Source of the DNA: Anthoceros angustus
Taxonomy: Eukaryota > Plantae > Anthocerotophyta
Length of the DNA stretch: 64,000 nt
Assembly (NCBI GenBank): GCA_010909165.1
Contig: MU008172.1
Location: 496,001-560,000 of the forward strand
Reading direction: 5' to 3'
Both the position numbers and the translations under genes were made by a program. Positions within the stretch are counted from its first letter, which is position 1. Every line of letters starts with the position of its first letter. The notes under the pieces are model-generated. The model did not search any database and was not told the origin of the DNA. It saw only the letters and a list, made by a program, of their open reading frames with translations. Positions 36,098 through 49,947 of this stretch are shown here, one piece after another.

Positions 36098-36235
36098 GGA
36101 GAGAACGCCTTTAGGAGCTGGGAACTTAAGCGGCACAGGCGAACAGTGATCAGAATTCTCATACCCAAACTCACCGTAGGTGAAGCGGCGTCTATCTATT
36201 GTAGCTCTTGTGTAAGGCACCCTCTCAGGCGTTGG

Positions 36236-36535
36236 TTACCTAGGAGGCGCTCCCATGCCAGGTGCTCTCACAGTAGTCACTTTAGGAGCAGCAGCCACTT
36301 GACGTCTCTGCTCAAGCACCGCTCTTGTGGTTCCTCTCGGCCTACCTCTCGGACGCCCTAAGCCGCGTACTTCTCCAGCTCCATGTTCAGCTGTGGGCGC
36401 GGCCACTTCTCTCTCCACACCACGAGAGGAGGAGGCAGTTGTTCTATGTGTAGAGGCGAACCTGCCTCGGGAATCCCTCTGATACACACGCGGCTTGGCA
36501 GGGGACACAGTCTTGTCAGGCTCGGACGACGCCAT
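36236..36535 (-). CDS. Short basic ORF with AT-hook-like GRPRGRPR, probably TE-derived
   Basis: MASSEPDKTVSPAKPRVYQRDSRGRFAS...GRPRGRPRG. Confidence 0.35.
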   Translation of the reverse strand: MASSEPDKTVSPAKPRVYQRDSRGRFASTHRTTASSSRGVEREVAAPTAEHGAGEVRGLGRPRGRPRGTTRAVLEQRRQVAAAPKVTTVRAPGMGAPPR

Positions 36536-36786
36536 GCTCTCCAGAAACTTGAGCCTACGCTTCAAGAGCTTGGACAGAATGAATGATGAAGCGTAAGTGC
36601 AAGCTAGTATCCAAATGGCACACCTGCAAGAGGCCGTCTTCACAGTGCCCATCGCGCTCTTAAAAGACTGGGCCAGTAGGATGCAAATCCAAAGACACAC
36701 TGGACATAAAGTAAACAACCCATAGTCTCCACAAGTTACCTGCGGAAGAGAAGACTGTCCGGTCTGTAATGATCAACAAGTGGGAG

Positions 36787-36891
36787 TATTGGAGATAATA
36801 GTGTTGAGTCATTAGGGTTTGGTTATATCCACATACATACAATATAATTAATAATATGTTAATTGATCTGCACCCATTACATATTTTGTTA
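36787..36891 (+). repeat. 3' 105 bp of a copia-A-type LTR
   Basis: Near-identical to 11981-12085 (tattggagataatagtg...catattttgtta); no PBS follows it. Confidence 0.9.
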
Positions 36892-37045
36892 ATCATCCCC
36901 CGTCCCTCTTAAAACTCGCTCCAGACTAGTATTGAAGCTCTATCTACACGAAGATTTGAAGGAGAAAGAAAGTTCGAGACCACACTAAAAGCCATTTTGA
37001 CATTAAAAATCGCGTGGGAAAACATATTATGAAGGAACATAGCGT

Positions 37046-37205
37046 TAGACCTCCAAGTGGAATTCTTAAGTAAGCTTCTATGACCTTCTAGTTTCCAAAG
37101 GTAGTTAGACCTCCAAGTGGACTTCTAGAGCCCGTAAGCTCCTATGACCTTCTAGTTTCCAAAGGTCATAAGACCTCCAAGTGGACTAGTGGACTTCTAG
37201 AGCAC
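37046..37205. repeat. About 62-bp tandem repeat, 2.5 copies
   Basis: agacctccaagtgga...tatgaccttctagtttccaaaggt at about 37047, 37107 and 37170. Confidence 0.85.
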
Positions 37206-38460
37206 CTTCTTATTCACAAAGCTAGTTTTTTAATATCCCTGCGGCTCATCCTAATTAGGCCATTGTTAACCCCAGAAAGGATTCGATAATCACACAAACC
37301 ACCCAGGCTACCGACCTCATAATTCAGCGTCGCATGCTACCACACTCTATGAATGAAGTGAACCACCCCCGTACTCATGTACTTCAGCCCGTTAACGATA
37401 CATAGAGGTTTACTTTCATTTCCTTGCACCATAAAGGTTTACTTCACTTCCTTTCAGAACCTGTTACAGATAATGGGTGACATTCTGAGTTTTGTAAGGT
37501 GTAACGATCAAAAAATAGAAGAAATGGGTTTCTTAGTGGCGCGACAGCCATCTCAGCTTTTGAATCTGACTGCAACTTCGAATCCATAGTGCAAGAACGG
37601 AAGGAGCGCCATGTAGCATATACTCCCCTATAGGAGTGAAGGCACAATAACCATTTCTTCAACTTAATTGGGTTCATGAAATCTAGAGTGCCAAGACGGT
37701 AGGAAGGTGCGTTCCCTTCAAGCTGGAGCACTTTGACATGTTCACAGCATGGCTCCATCGAGGGTAGAAGTCCATGAATAGAACCCTTTCTGACTTGCAA
37801 CGAAGCCTGCATCTGGCGCTTAATGGCTGATAGCAGTAGAAACCTGAGCATTATTCACAGACAGTGAGCCAGCAGGACGTTCTTTCAAGCTAGATCTGTT
37901 AAAACATGAACTGTACCAGCGAGTAAGGCAACGGAAATGAGAGGCTGCAAGTCAACCTCAACAACTTTGTCAGCTAATAGCAAGCACATGGTAAGCACCT
38001 GGGACGGGTCGATGGGCCTTGTGCGTTATCCACTTGTAAGCACTGCAAAAAGGTCAATGAACCGTGATAAGCAAGGAAAAGAACCAGAATGTCTCCAAAA
38101 GATGTATCTCCAAGGAGATTCCAACCTTTGCAGAGTTGAAGGTCTGAGATGCCTTTGACTCTCACCTTTGTATCAACCGCATCTTGTATAAAAACTTCCG
38201 GAAGAGGTCCTGTGATTGCTTCCTTCTTGCACCCAGATCATCCGTTGGTACCATATCTGAATCAGAGTAAGAGATTCTTCTCCAGTTCTTCTCCATTGCT
38301 TATCATTTGTCATCTCATATCACAGCTCAAACCCGAAATTGTAGATCGGCTTCAGAAGTTTCAAGGGGAGATGATCTTGTCCCAAGTAACCGAATAGATG
38401 CTCCACCAAGTAAGCTCATTAATCCCGAGCTCATGTGCAATTCTGCAACTCCAGGCTCAG

Positions 38461-41400
38461 CTACACTGCTGCCACACAAAAGCCATGCAACACCTGGCAA
38501 GTTTTGCTTTCAGACCTCTCTCCCTCAGCAGCTGAGGTGGATGGCTTCTTCAGGCACGAGTCATCACCTACTGCTCCAGATGCTCCTAGTGTTGAGACAG
38601 AGGGATGGCGTGAAGCTTGAGGTGCCAGGAAAGATGAACCAGCACCTTCAGTCGCAGCAGTACAGAAGAAAGGATGAAATCTAGGGACTACCTGCTGCCT
38701 GGCTGCCTGCTGAAAATATCCTGGAGGTGAAGGGTTCATGTTATACAGTCCAAAATTCTTACTGGGTATCCCATGTGTTGGCGTCTGTGCCTGAATGTCT
38801 GCATCTGCCGACCAGGATGGCCGACATAAATGGGGATCCAAACCTGCAACTCGATTGTAGGAAATGCCAACCTGATTGTTCCGGATGGGCTCATTGCCGT
38901 CCAGAACTGCCTTTGCTGCCACAGTTCCAGCCAGCCTCCCAACCTTTTTTGCAGTCAAGCTGCCGGTAGGAGGCCTGATCCTGTATCCTTTCTGTGCATG
39001 CATGCCTGTAGCTGGGGCAAAAGTTTGTGCACACAACGTATTTAAATGAGGAGCATCAGTGACCGGAGGCCATGGGGAGGCAGGAGACTCGACATGAGGA
39101 AGGGGCATTCCGCTATAGGTACATGACAATGAAGTCGGGGGGTTCTGCACAGTAAACCGTGATAATACACGGACATGAGGAGGAAGGTTTACAGATGGCA
39201 AATCAGGTGAAAGTTTGACTGTTCGAATTGCAAGTTTTCTGCGAGAGTGGGCTCCAGAAGATTGGTTATGCGGCAGACGCTCACGAAAGCTGGCACCTGG
39301 ATAGAAAGGGAGAGATGGTATAGGGGATAGTTCTGAAGACTGCTCGGACCCAGTAGCTGTTGTCCTTATCTGCAGTGGTCTATTTCCCACCTGTTCAGCG
39401 GTCTGCACTTTCATTCTCTTGCGTTTAGTCCTCCCATTCGATGGTACTTCAGCATCAGATAGAGTGGCAACAGCAGCAGTGATTGTTTGAGAAGAATAAG
39501 GTTTCCAATCTGCCAAGAAGGCATCTTGGATGAGGTCATTCTCTTGACCACCACAACTGCCTTCTGGGTTCTGCTTCTGCTTCATGGCACAAGTTGCATC
39601 CCCACTTGCACCTTGATAAACCTGCCAACACATTCCTCCCATGAGTACAACAGGACTTCCTACCAGCGCAGGGCAGATAGCTGTAGAAGCCACTTACCTC
39701 TGTCCCTCAGACCTGGACAGGAGAAAACACCTCTCACCTTAACTATCTGAGAAGCCATGCTGACAACACGTTTCTTTGACTGTGAGCAGCAGCGTCTATT
39801 TGCTTCATATGATCTGCACCGTTCTTTGCGTATCTGATTAGTTTTGTATGACTTCTGGATCCCATGAGCTATCCGCCACTGTTTTGGCAGAATTGTAGGG
39901 TCACGATAAGGGACAGAATGTTGCCACACTTTGGCCCAATCAAATTTGAAGAATCTTAACGCCTGCATTTAGTGCAACAAATATCAAACTACTGGGTGGT
40001 GGGAGCTTAATTATAGCAGGTAGACCTAGAAACTTGTATTCAGCATTGTTTTTGGTTGCTTCGCCTGGTACAATCGGATCTGCTTCTTAGTAAAGACCAG
40101 ATTTTAACACAGGAGCACCTAGCATATGCCCGTAGATGATACGACCAGAATTCTAGAACCAAGTTTTGTTAAAGATCTAGAAGGTGTCAAGGGATGGTAG
40201 CAATCAGCAAATGGTGCTAACAGTAGTCCCTGCAAAGAGCTATATTACCTAAGAGAGTGCTTACCTCATGAATAGAGGCCCTCTCAGTTGCCGTCAGAGT
40301 GGATGATTTGAGCCTTCTTACAGCCTGCTCCAGAATTGACATTGAACAGTACCAGCGTCAGTGTGTAGAGAGGCCACCAGAGATGCAGGTAATACACATA
40401 ACTGGAAGTCCAAAATAACCTTAATGGAGTTCTCAGGAGCCCTTGCTGAACTCCTATTTTTCTGCCGTACAAAAATCTGATAATATGAACCACTACAGTC
40501 AGTGTGACGTCGAAATCCCAAAGTCCATATGGCTTCAACAACATTGTGACTTTTTAATCTTACCTGATGCATAGTCTTAGATGGGAGGAATCGCTGTTGT
40601 ATAGCTTTCCAATCAGTGTTGTACGTCATCAAGCCCATCGCAAGAAGTCTGTAGTAGCCACCAAGTAGCCAACAGCGTTGGTTGCAATAGGAGAGCACAT
40701 AAGCAGAACCCGCAGTTACAACCTCAACCACATCATGTAAACATATACACTCTGATGAAACAACCAAGGCTTCTGCAGGCAATGAGACTTACTCATCCTC
40801 TGAGTCAGTGAACAGCAGCCGGTTTGCTGTTGCAGCCGGTGGAGGTTTGTGAGGAAAGAAGGCTGGGTTGAAGAGTGGCCCGAACGGCTGTATTGCTTTA
40901 GCAACCCCCTTAGGAACCAGAGCTATACATTGCCTTTTTGTACTTTCCACAAGAGCAGCTGCCATTGTCTTCTTCACGTGTGGCTTCAAAGAAGAAAGAC
41001 CAGCCACATCATCGCTTCCTGACCCTGATGTGGACCAGCCAGTTTGTTGCTTCTGAGAGTCAGGGTCGGGAGCCAATGGCACTGAGCTAGCAAACAAGGT
41101 TTCCCTTTCACATTCACTGTGATAACTTCCACTTTCCACGTGCCGCTGCCTGTAGTCTTGAACAACTGCAAAGCAGAAAAACAAGGAAGCTTCTTAGGGT
41201 CATCAGTTCGGGGCTGCATGACTGGATGTTTCCAGCTTGTTTTGATGGATAATGGGAATCTTTGAGAAACTCAGCCCAAGACTGCTCAAAGAAGATACAA
41301 AGGGATACGTACCTGCAGCGATTTCTGTGAGGTACTGTCGCACTGTGGAAATTGGTGCAACATCAAGCAGAGAACGGACAGGTCCAGAAGTTGATGGCAC

Positions 41401-43288
41401 CCATGGTGATGGATATCGTGAATCACTGTTGGTCCCAGTGGTGGACTTGGTGACCGGTGAATCAGCACACGTATCTGCAGCAGAACAAGAAATGTTTGTA
41501 CAGCAATCGAGAACTTTAGCAACGAGAATCCTATAAAGACAGCAGTGAGAAACTGAGCCAAACTAGGAGCTCGGAAAGATTGATATGTTTATCCCACAAC
41601 CCTGCAACAGAGCTTATTGCTGGATTCCCAAGGTTACCTTGAGACAGACATTCAGATTCACCCGGTGATCTCTCGGGAAGGCCACTGGAACCTGAATTAC
41701 ATGGTTCGGTAACGGATGGGTGGATGTAAGGTGGCCTGAAACAAAAGTCAGGAAAGGCAGTCTCCTTCCAAGATAAAATGGTGTCTCTCTTTTCCACCAT
41801 TTCCACAAGCATCTTGTGAGTGTCAATAGCTACTTGTTGCCGCGACGGCTCCAAAATGCAAAGAGAAAAGACCTGAATAAGAAGCTGCACGTGCTCATGA
41901 ATCAAGCAATGCAGCTGTCCTATTTGATGGGCAGTGAAACCATTAACCGGGGTTTTCTTGAGCAGAGGAGTTGGCAAGTTGCTGCTATCGCTTGAGCATC
42001 TGGTGTCCAAGGAAGGCAGACTGTCTGATGCGAATCCAACATAAGGGACCAAATGTCGCAACTGAGATGTCCCAACACCAAGAAGCCTCTCTTTCTTCTG
42101 CCTTCGAGATCTTTCCCGTCGTTTCTCCCTCGTTTCAATCCGGTGTCTCCGTTTCCTTGATCCAGCTTCATTCTTGTCCTCACGGTCACTCTCTAGTGCT
42201 TCCTCAATCTCAAGTTCAAAGTCTCCATCATCCTCATCCTCATCCTCCTCCAGCACAAACTCTTTTTTTAGCTCGCCATTAGACTGCGACTCTCCTTCTT
42301 CTAACACCGCAGCGAGGAACTTGCGGTACTCTTCCTGGTCATCCACATTCGGAAAGTAATCCTCTTCGTCAGACTCTTGCAGGAACGTCTCCAGCTGATC
42401 AAGAGACATGTCAGTCAGGGAGTAGTGTGCTCGAGTTCTCTTCGATATAGCATCCGAGGTATGCACTTGCTGTTCGCGTAGGTTGTGATCCACGCCACCG
42501 TCGACAGGGAGCTGGGGATCAGTGAGAGCATCCTGGGTCCCAAGGGCAAGAATGGAAGGTGAAGGCGCTGCAAACTCCTGGTCACCAACGGGTCCTCCAT
42601 CCTGGGCTTCCACCTCGGCTTCCTCCCCCTCGACCTGACAGGCATACTTTTGTCCTTGTCCCTCGTCGTCATCTTCCTCCTCGTAGTTGTATTCCTCTTC
42701 CTCTACCTCACTCCCAAGCTCTACGAGATCATCGTCCTCATCAAAGTGCTGCTCTTCTTCCTCCCCTGGCTGCTCGGATACTTGCTCAACCTCACCTCCA
42801 TCATCGCCTTCGGAGCTCAAGATCGTAGACGCTTCGAAAGAAGGGGAGAGCTGTGCGAAGGGGTTGAAATCCACATCATCCTCGTCATCTTCAACCGCAT
42901 CCTCATTGCGAGCCAAGACCTGTTGCAATTTTCCTTCACCGTCTTCGTTCTGCCTTTTCTGCAGGTCATCGATGCAGGCCGGCTCAGGTGCGTCAGCAGC
43001 TTCAGCAATGTCCAGAAAGAGCTCGTCCTGAGAAAAGCGTCGATTTTCGCCGTCCACGCCCCCAGCTTGCTGGCTTCCCGAAGAGTTGTACTGATACACC
43101 GGGCCGTCTGGTTGCATAATCTGAGGGCTATGATCTACAGCGTCCGGGAGGCGGAGATAGTGAGCATCATCCTGTAGTGATCCATCCAACTGCAACTGCG
43201 ACGCATAGTGATGGGACGCGCTCAGATCCTGCGCCTCGTCACCAAGGGCATCATCCCCGTCACCAAAAAAGCGGTCTTCCATGTGCAT
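38461..43288 (-). CDS. DUO3: DUO POLLEN 3-like (GON-4L-related, Myb/homeodomain-like) nuclear protein, multi-exon
   Basis: DAISKRTRAHYSL..SLDQLETFLQESDEED...DDQEEYRKFLAAVL, GFTAHQIGQLHCLIHEHVQLLIQV, LFTDSEDELLAMGLMTYNTDWKAIQQRFLP, FVRQKNRSS..APENSIK, YRDPTILPKQWR. GT-AG exons: 43288-41601, 41530-41313, 41165-40793, 40648-40564, 40476-40420, 40324-40265, 39962-about 39700, 39659-. The 3' structure is unresolved and further exons may lie at 37.4-38.4 kb. Confidence 0.92.
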
Positions 43289-44193
43289 TCTTCCGCCTAC
43301 AGACTGCCCTAGCTCACCAGCAGGCTCCCCGGCGCCATCTCGATGAATTGTGACCAGCCAGGCGGCTATTCTTGTGAATCCCGACAGTGACTTGGAACGC
43401 AATTCACGATGTCGTGCAAGAGCAGCAAGGAGCGACTATCTTGCAATTGCTGGCAAGCCGATCGTGAGCAGGCCAGATTCGTGCAACGCTGCAGCAACAG
43501 CAGCAGCCGCTGCTGCAAATCCATCAGGAAGAAAAAGCGAGGAAGGCGTGGGGAAGAAGCGATTTCCCCAACACATGAGGAGCAGAAGCAGATCCGTTAC
43601 GCTGACACCGCCGGGACAACAACAGGCTGGATTGGCTGGGCTGGAGCTCGCGACTGGCGGCCCGCCTCGCATCTCACAGCGTCTGCGGCCACGTCATCGG
43701 CCCGGAGGCCGGGCCGGACCTGGAGCCCCGAGCCTTGTGGCCATCGGACGGTCACCGGCACGTTGTCATCCGTTTCCGAAGGGAAGGATGCCGCCCGGGC
43801 CAAGTCGGACCGGGACAGACGGCGTCGAGTCTATCCGGCGGGGCCCCGACACAGCTTCCCGCCCCAGCTTCCCGCCAATGTCGCGCGTGGCGGCAAAGAC
43901 AGCCCCGCCAAATACAGTAAGTTCAAACCGCAACTAACATGCATACATAACTAGGGTGCAGCAAGTACAATCCGCACAGATCCATGCAGACAACAGTTAA
44001 ATCTGTCACACAGTAACGCCTCAATCACCAATGGGTACATACTAGAATACGGAAATGCTTGTGCACGAAGCATCCGCCGGCTCGGAATCCGAGCAAACAA
44101 TACAAGCTGCAACTTCCGAGGCACAACAAGTGACGCAAGACACAACCAGAATGCCCTAATAACGTTTTATAACCTCCAAGCTTGACAATCACC

Positions 44194-44736
44194 TTAAGCT
44201 TGGTGCAGGTCACACTGAGTTGGAGGCTGATGCTCCACAAGCCGACTGAGCTCACTCCAGAAGGGGTGATCGTCCCCAGCATGCAGCAATGGCACTCTTT
44301 CAGCATTGTCATCGGAGTCGGGCATACCCGGGAACTTGATGAGCTCCATGGGACAGGCTCCCAAGGTCCGCAATGTCTCCTCCGATATGCCCACCGTTCT
44401 CTTCTCTTCCGAGCTCAGGCTTCCCAGGAAGAAGCTCCAAGTGTGATCTGCAGAGCTACGTCCTACAATCTGCTCAATCTTTTCGATTGCCATGAGGACC
44501 ATCAAAGCGCGGTGGATGACTCGTCCATAACCGTGCACGCCTTGGAAAAATTCGAGCCCCTTGTCAATCTTCCTGCCCAGGGTTACGAGCTCGGTAAGCG
44601 CCAGGCTGACATCACATTCTTCAGCCAGTTCGCCAGTCTGCTCCAGCAGCAGGTCAAGCTCCTTCTCTAGCCGCAAGAAGTGAACATTCAGCCGCAGCAG
44701 ATTGCGCTCCGAACTCGTCATCCTGTAGCCTGCCAC
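44194..44736 (-). CDS. Hypothetical 180-aa single-exon protein
   Basis: ATG-started, stop-free ORF with helical, Leu/Glu-rich composition in the gene island. No family recognised. Confidence 0.5.
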   Translation of the reverse strand: MAGYRMTSSERNLLRLNVHFLRLEKELDLLLEQTGELAEECDVSLALTELVTLGRKIDKGLEFFQGVHGYGRVIHRALMVLMAIEKIEQIVGRSSADHTWSFFLGSLSSEEKRTVGISEETLRTLGACPMELIKFPGMPDSDDNAERVPLLHAGDDHPFWSELSRLVEHQPPTQCDLHQA

Positions 44737-46253
44737 TGCTCAATTTCGGTCGCTGCAACTATCGCGCTGCCGCATCCTACTTCCTAGACCAGTTCTGCAC
44801 TCGACTCCACCACCGTCACGCTGTTACCTCCTTCCGTTGCCAAACGCACGCCAAGATAGCAACTTTTTTGCAATTCCGCAACCTACCGATTCTTGCACTG
44901 CATCGCTGCATGCAAGCCGATTTCCAATTCGCTATCAGATTCAGCCACAACCTGCAATCTTGATAGTACAAAACTGGACCGTCAGCAACTGTACAGTCAC
45001 AGGCTTGCAGGCCAAGGCAAGTTCAAAGACGGAGCACCTAATTTACCAGCTGTTGATGTGCAATCTCGAATTGCAAGACTGAGCCTGGCGTAAAAGCGGT
45101 AGTGCCAACGCTCCGCAGCTCTTCTCAACAAGCACGCGGCCAGAGGGAGCGGCAGGCGTGAAGAGGAATGGCTTGCATGCAGGGCGGGTAACTATGCAGT
45201 GAGGCGTCTCGGCAACCGCACGAGGCTTAAATGCCTTTGCCTGCATGTCATGCAGGCGGGCTTGGTCATGGCCTTCTTCCAAAACACCAAGTATGACTTC
45301 TTTTATTCTGCATTTTGTCCACAACTGTGGAGAGTTTATCCTGCTGCTTGACTCCTTTATGTTTTCTGCATCACATGGCCACGTTGTGCAGGCTTGTTCA
45401 TCTGCATTCGCGTACACACCTATGTCATCATCCCCAGAGGCCTATATCACGGATTGTGCTTCAGAACTTCCGTATCAAATGTGTGTCCCTTCCATAGAGG
45501 TCCATAGATATCTACACGTAGCTTGTAGATATCCATGGATGTTGTACGTGAATCCCAAAGACAACGAAAGGACAACACCAGCACATGGTTGTTGAAAACC
45601 TACCGAGTGTCTCATGCCTTGTAGAGCTGGTTAATCTACCCAGTACCGCTGTATCACCCCAAAAATGATACAATCCAGTTGCAAAAAGTGACTTCAGCTA
45701 CCCTGTCTGCATGCTGAAGGAGCTACCCCCTGACTGCATGCCCTACAGTAGCAGCAAGAACAAACACTTGTAAGCAGAATTCGCTGTCCCCATTGTTCTA
45801 AAGATGGCACCATTCCTAGGATCCAAGGATTCAATTTTGGAGCCATTTCAGCTACACCCTGTGTGCATGCTGTTGAAAACCTTTACAGGCGAGGAGGGGA
45901 GTAACAAAGCCTGATATTATATGATGGTTTGGTGGGGGGAAGTGCTATTGCAGCCATACCCCGTGCGACACGACGTTCGGAGAGCAAGATTCATGAACGC
46001 ACAACTCGACCACGTCCCCGGCCGACGTAGCGCTCTGCCTGTGCTTAGCCTTCAGATCCGACACAACGCAATGTAACCGACGACCTGGTGCTGCGAACGT
46101 AGTCTTTGAGCATATGTTTAATAAGGAGACTTCTGCTCGCCTCTCATTGCGACAACCACGGCTTTTGATCCTCAGCACCAGCCTTTGATTGTAACCTCTT
46201 ATTGCGAACCCATACGTGAGAAGAGTAAGAACATTGTAACATCAATATACAAC

Positions 46254-49200
46254 TTACTTGCTTGTCACTCCATGGCTTTCCTCTTGAGGTGTCTCCTTAG
46301 GAATGCTGAGAAGTGACTGAAGAGGGGCTGCGGTGTCAGCAACATCTGGACTAATGCTGATGAGTGTCTGAAGTGGCGCTGTCGTATCAACTACATCTGG
46401 TCTACCAAGAACCACGTCAGGGCGTGGCTGTTCCAGGTTCCGCAAACCTGAATTCTCTGACTGCGGAGGAGCCTCATCGTTGTGAGCTTGCAGGCCAGTA
46501 AATCTTGCAAGATCCACCCATTGCTGCAATACACCAGGCAAGGAATATATTGTCAAACCATTGGGAAAATGCGTGCCATCACAAAAAACACTTGAATTTA
46601 GTTGCCTTTTCTTCCATGCACGGACACACCAAAACATTGGAGGCATAACAGCAGACCTGGGAGCCCCAATATGAATTTGCAGTGCGAGCAACAAAAGATA
46701 GCACGTTTCCCACTAAAGGTTCCGAAGCAAGCAGGTAGTCAGCTACCCAGTGTTCCACCAACCCAGCAATTGCCTGCACAGACAGTAGCAGCAGGAACCC
46801 ACACTTGTAAGCAGAATTCGCCATCTCCATCGTTCTGAAGGTGGCACTATCCCTAGGATCCAACAAACCAATTTTGGACTTCAATCGTAAACAATCTGAC
46901 AGCAAAGCAGACCTGATAACGGAGATTCGCTGATGTCCCAAGAAATGACGCATACAATAGAGCAGTCTTGAAAATAGGCGACCTCTTGTTTGATCGTCTC
47001 TTGACTAGCTCTGGATTGAATTGTTGCCGCACAGCCAAAATCGTGTTTGTGATGCTCACTGTGCCCAGACTAGAAATAAACCCTACACCAAACAGCTTCA
47101 CCCCACCAACAACAACTGCTAGTGCTCTGGCCTTGAGGTCCCAGAACTCTCCAGGTCGTGCTCTTTGGAAAGCATTATCAGGCACTGATCCCAATAACCC
47201 TTTCAGTCCCTCAAGAGCAACAAAGCCTCCTTCGTTAGATTCGGGATCCAGGGAACGGAATGATAACGTGGGAGCTGGTAACCAGACAGTGAAGAAATCC
47301 ACCACTGCACCTCGAACCGTGTCAGTAATCACATACTCCAGTTCTTGCCAGAAACGAGGTCCCCGTCGTTCATACTGAGCTATGAGAGTTGTTGTTATGG
47401 AGATGCTTTCCTCAAGAGCAAGCCGTTGTAGGAAACGAGGGTCAGCCAACCATCTTTCCCGCAATCCCTGGACAGCAAATTTAGACGAAACTTTAGTCAG
47501 ACCTGCAGAAACCAAGCACTGCACACCAAAAGTTCGAATTTCCTCCTCCCTGCAGCTCACCTGAAACCGTTGTGTAAGGTCTGCAATAAAAGGCTGCTTA
47601 TCAAGGTCAAAGAAAACCTTTAGCAATTCTGGGGAGACTAATCCCTGATCTATCCCTGCCTGGAGATCCTGTAATGGAAAGGTGGCGAAAGTCAGCTCGG
47701 CAATCCATTGAACATCTCCACCACAATCGGAAGTGATGAGGTCACCATCAAACCCAGCCAGCTAACTAGTATTCCAGAAAGCACGTATCTTGACACATGA
47801 ATATGAGGACCCTGTATCTGACCTTTGGCAGTGCATCCCGCCTTCGGCCCGCTGCATCCATAACCCGAGCAATCTCAGCTCTGTTGAAACAGTTTCTCGA
47901 GCACCCCTTTGCTGAAGAATACCACAAGAAATCTGCTTCTGGCACATCACCTTCCTGGCGGATCCGCTGCCGCTCAGGATTTAGCAACACCACAACTTGG
48001 TTCTTCCTCTGCAGTCTCTTTGGAACTCTGGCTGGCACACCAGAGCCTTTTACTCCATATTCCACATGAGATGCCCCAGTAATCAGAACTAGCAACCCAG
48101 TGGCATTCCCCTCTGCCAGATACTCCGATACAACCTGTGCCATAGTGTTTTCAGAAACTATGCGCGCCTGAGCAAACTGATATGGACCCCTCTGGAATAA
48201 CTCGTTGACCACCGGGAAAGGCAAGGAGAGTGCTCCGTGACGAGTCCCACCAACTGGGACATACAACTTCTGATCTGCTCCAGTCAATGATTGCACTCCA
48301 TTTGCTTGGATTTTCCGTAGAACCTGTAGGCAGCAAGTCACCGGTTAGCCAGCACTCTTTGCCAGCACAACACGCAGAGAACTGGAAGCATGGAGTGCAA
48401 GAGTAGGGACTAGAACCTCACCTCCGCTGGTGTACCACATGCCAGTATCCGAACACCGTTGTCTCTGCAGTACCCTAACAGTGGCAGAATTTGTTGCCAT
48501 TGCTCATCAGGTAGCTGGGACAGAGAGCTCCTCAACTCCTCGCTCGACAACCTGCACGAGAACACAGCATGTCCACCTCCTCAGTTTGCTTGTCAACAAA
48601 GCAGAAGTCCAAAAGCAGAGCCACCCTCACATAAACAAAAGCACTCACAATGGCCTGCACACAACCTCTCGAACCACCACTGGATAGGTCGAGGTCATAC
48701 TCTTTGCTCAAGAACTGATTCAGCTGAGGTTGCAAAGGCCGTGGGAAGACCTCGAGGGCCACGGACACAGCTCTCTGCTGATCGCCACACTTTTCCCGCA
48801 AAGTCCTGACAATCTCCATTTCCAGCAGCTGCCAACCTCTTCCAAAACAGTTGCCCCTTGACGTCAGCACGTACGGCCCGTCAAGCACAGAACAGGCATC
48901 ACACCAGCTGGAACCAAATTCCTTCACCACACACCTTGTCTTCAGGGTCCGGAACCAGCTCCGCCTCTCCGAGATAGATAATTCGCGCAGCAAGCAGCTT
49001 ATCCCACACCCTCGACTTGTCACCCCCAACCGTGGCAGGCTCCCCCAGGACAGTGGCATCGTACACCCTAGACTGCCTGTCCCCTGCAGGACCCGCATTC
49101 CCCAGCTCCTGCAGCGACGGCAGCAGATTCTTCAAGGGCCCGGGCACAGGAGGCAACCCCGCATCCCCGCTGGCCAAACCGGAAGACACGACGGTGGAGA

Positions 49201-49414
49201 GCGCCACGCCGGACACCACTGCCCCGAACAAGACCCTCCTTCCCAGCCTGAATTCCGAAGCCCCCCCACCTCCATCCCCGTCCATGGACGCAGCCACAAC
49301 GGCCCTGCTCAGGGCGGTCCTGGCCCGGGACGGCCCGGCCGTGCTCCCGCCATGCCCTACTCGAAGCCAGGGAGCCGCCGGGGAGACGACGAAGCGGGCC
49401 GTGGAGCAAGCCAT
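46254..49414 (-). CDS. RER5/RER6: RETICULATA-RELATED 5/6-like plastid protein (DUF399 + DUF3411), multi-exon
   Basis: Transit-peptide-like start (MACSTARF..., alternative ATG at 49498), [124 protein letters not shown]. Confidence 0.92.
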
Positions 49415-49947
49415 TCGGGAAGCCACGCAGGACGCGGATCCCCGGGCTACAGGAGCATGCGGGCAACACGGCCCTTCGCCTCGTCGCTGCAGCCGCATGC
49501 ATCCATCAGGCCGCCCAGAACCGGAAATCGGAATTCCTGCAAACGGATCGGATTGTGTGAATGCCGTGGAAGGAGTGTCGGAGAGGCTCAAGCTTATTTT
49601 GGCAACAGCCCCGAGCCAATCAGAGCATTTCCCAGAATCTTCGCTTGCTTCCTTTCCTGCTGCTGCCGCGCTGGATGCAGGTGCAGGTGCCGCTACATGG
49701 ACCCCAAGAGGCCCGAGGCGCCGCAATCACCCACCATTTTCCTTTCTGCTTATCTCGGCTCTTGTCTGTTGGTGGTGGTAGGGACCACGATCTGCCATGT
49801 TTGGCCCTGATTCGCTTCGCTTTCCTTCCCTGGTTCTACTACAACCCTCAAAAACCCCTCCGCTATTCCAGCATTATCTCTCCATTGCTGGATCTCACGG
49901 TCTTCGGACAGGCTACGGAGTCCGACAATCGGGACGGGCTGGTGGCC

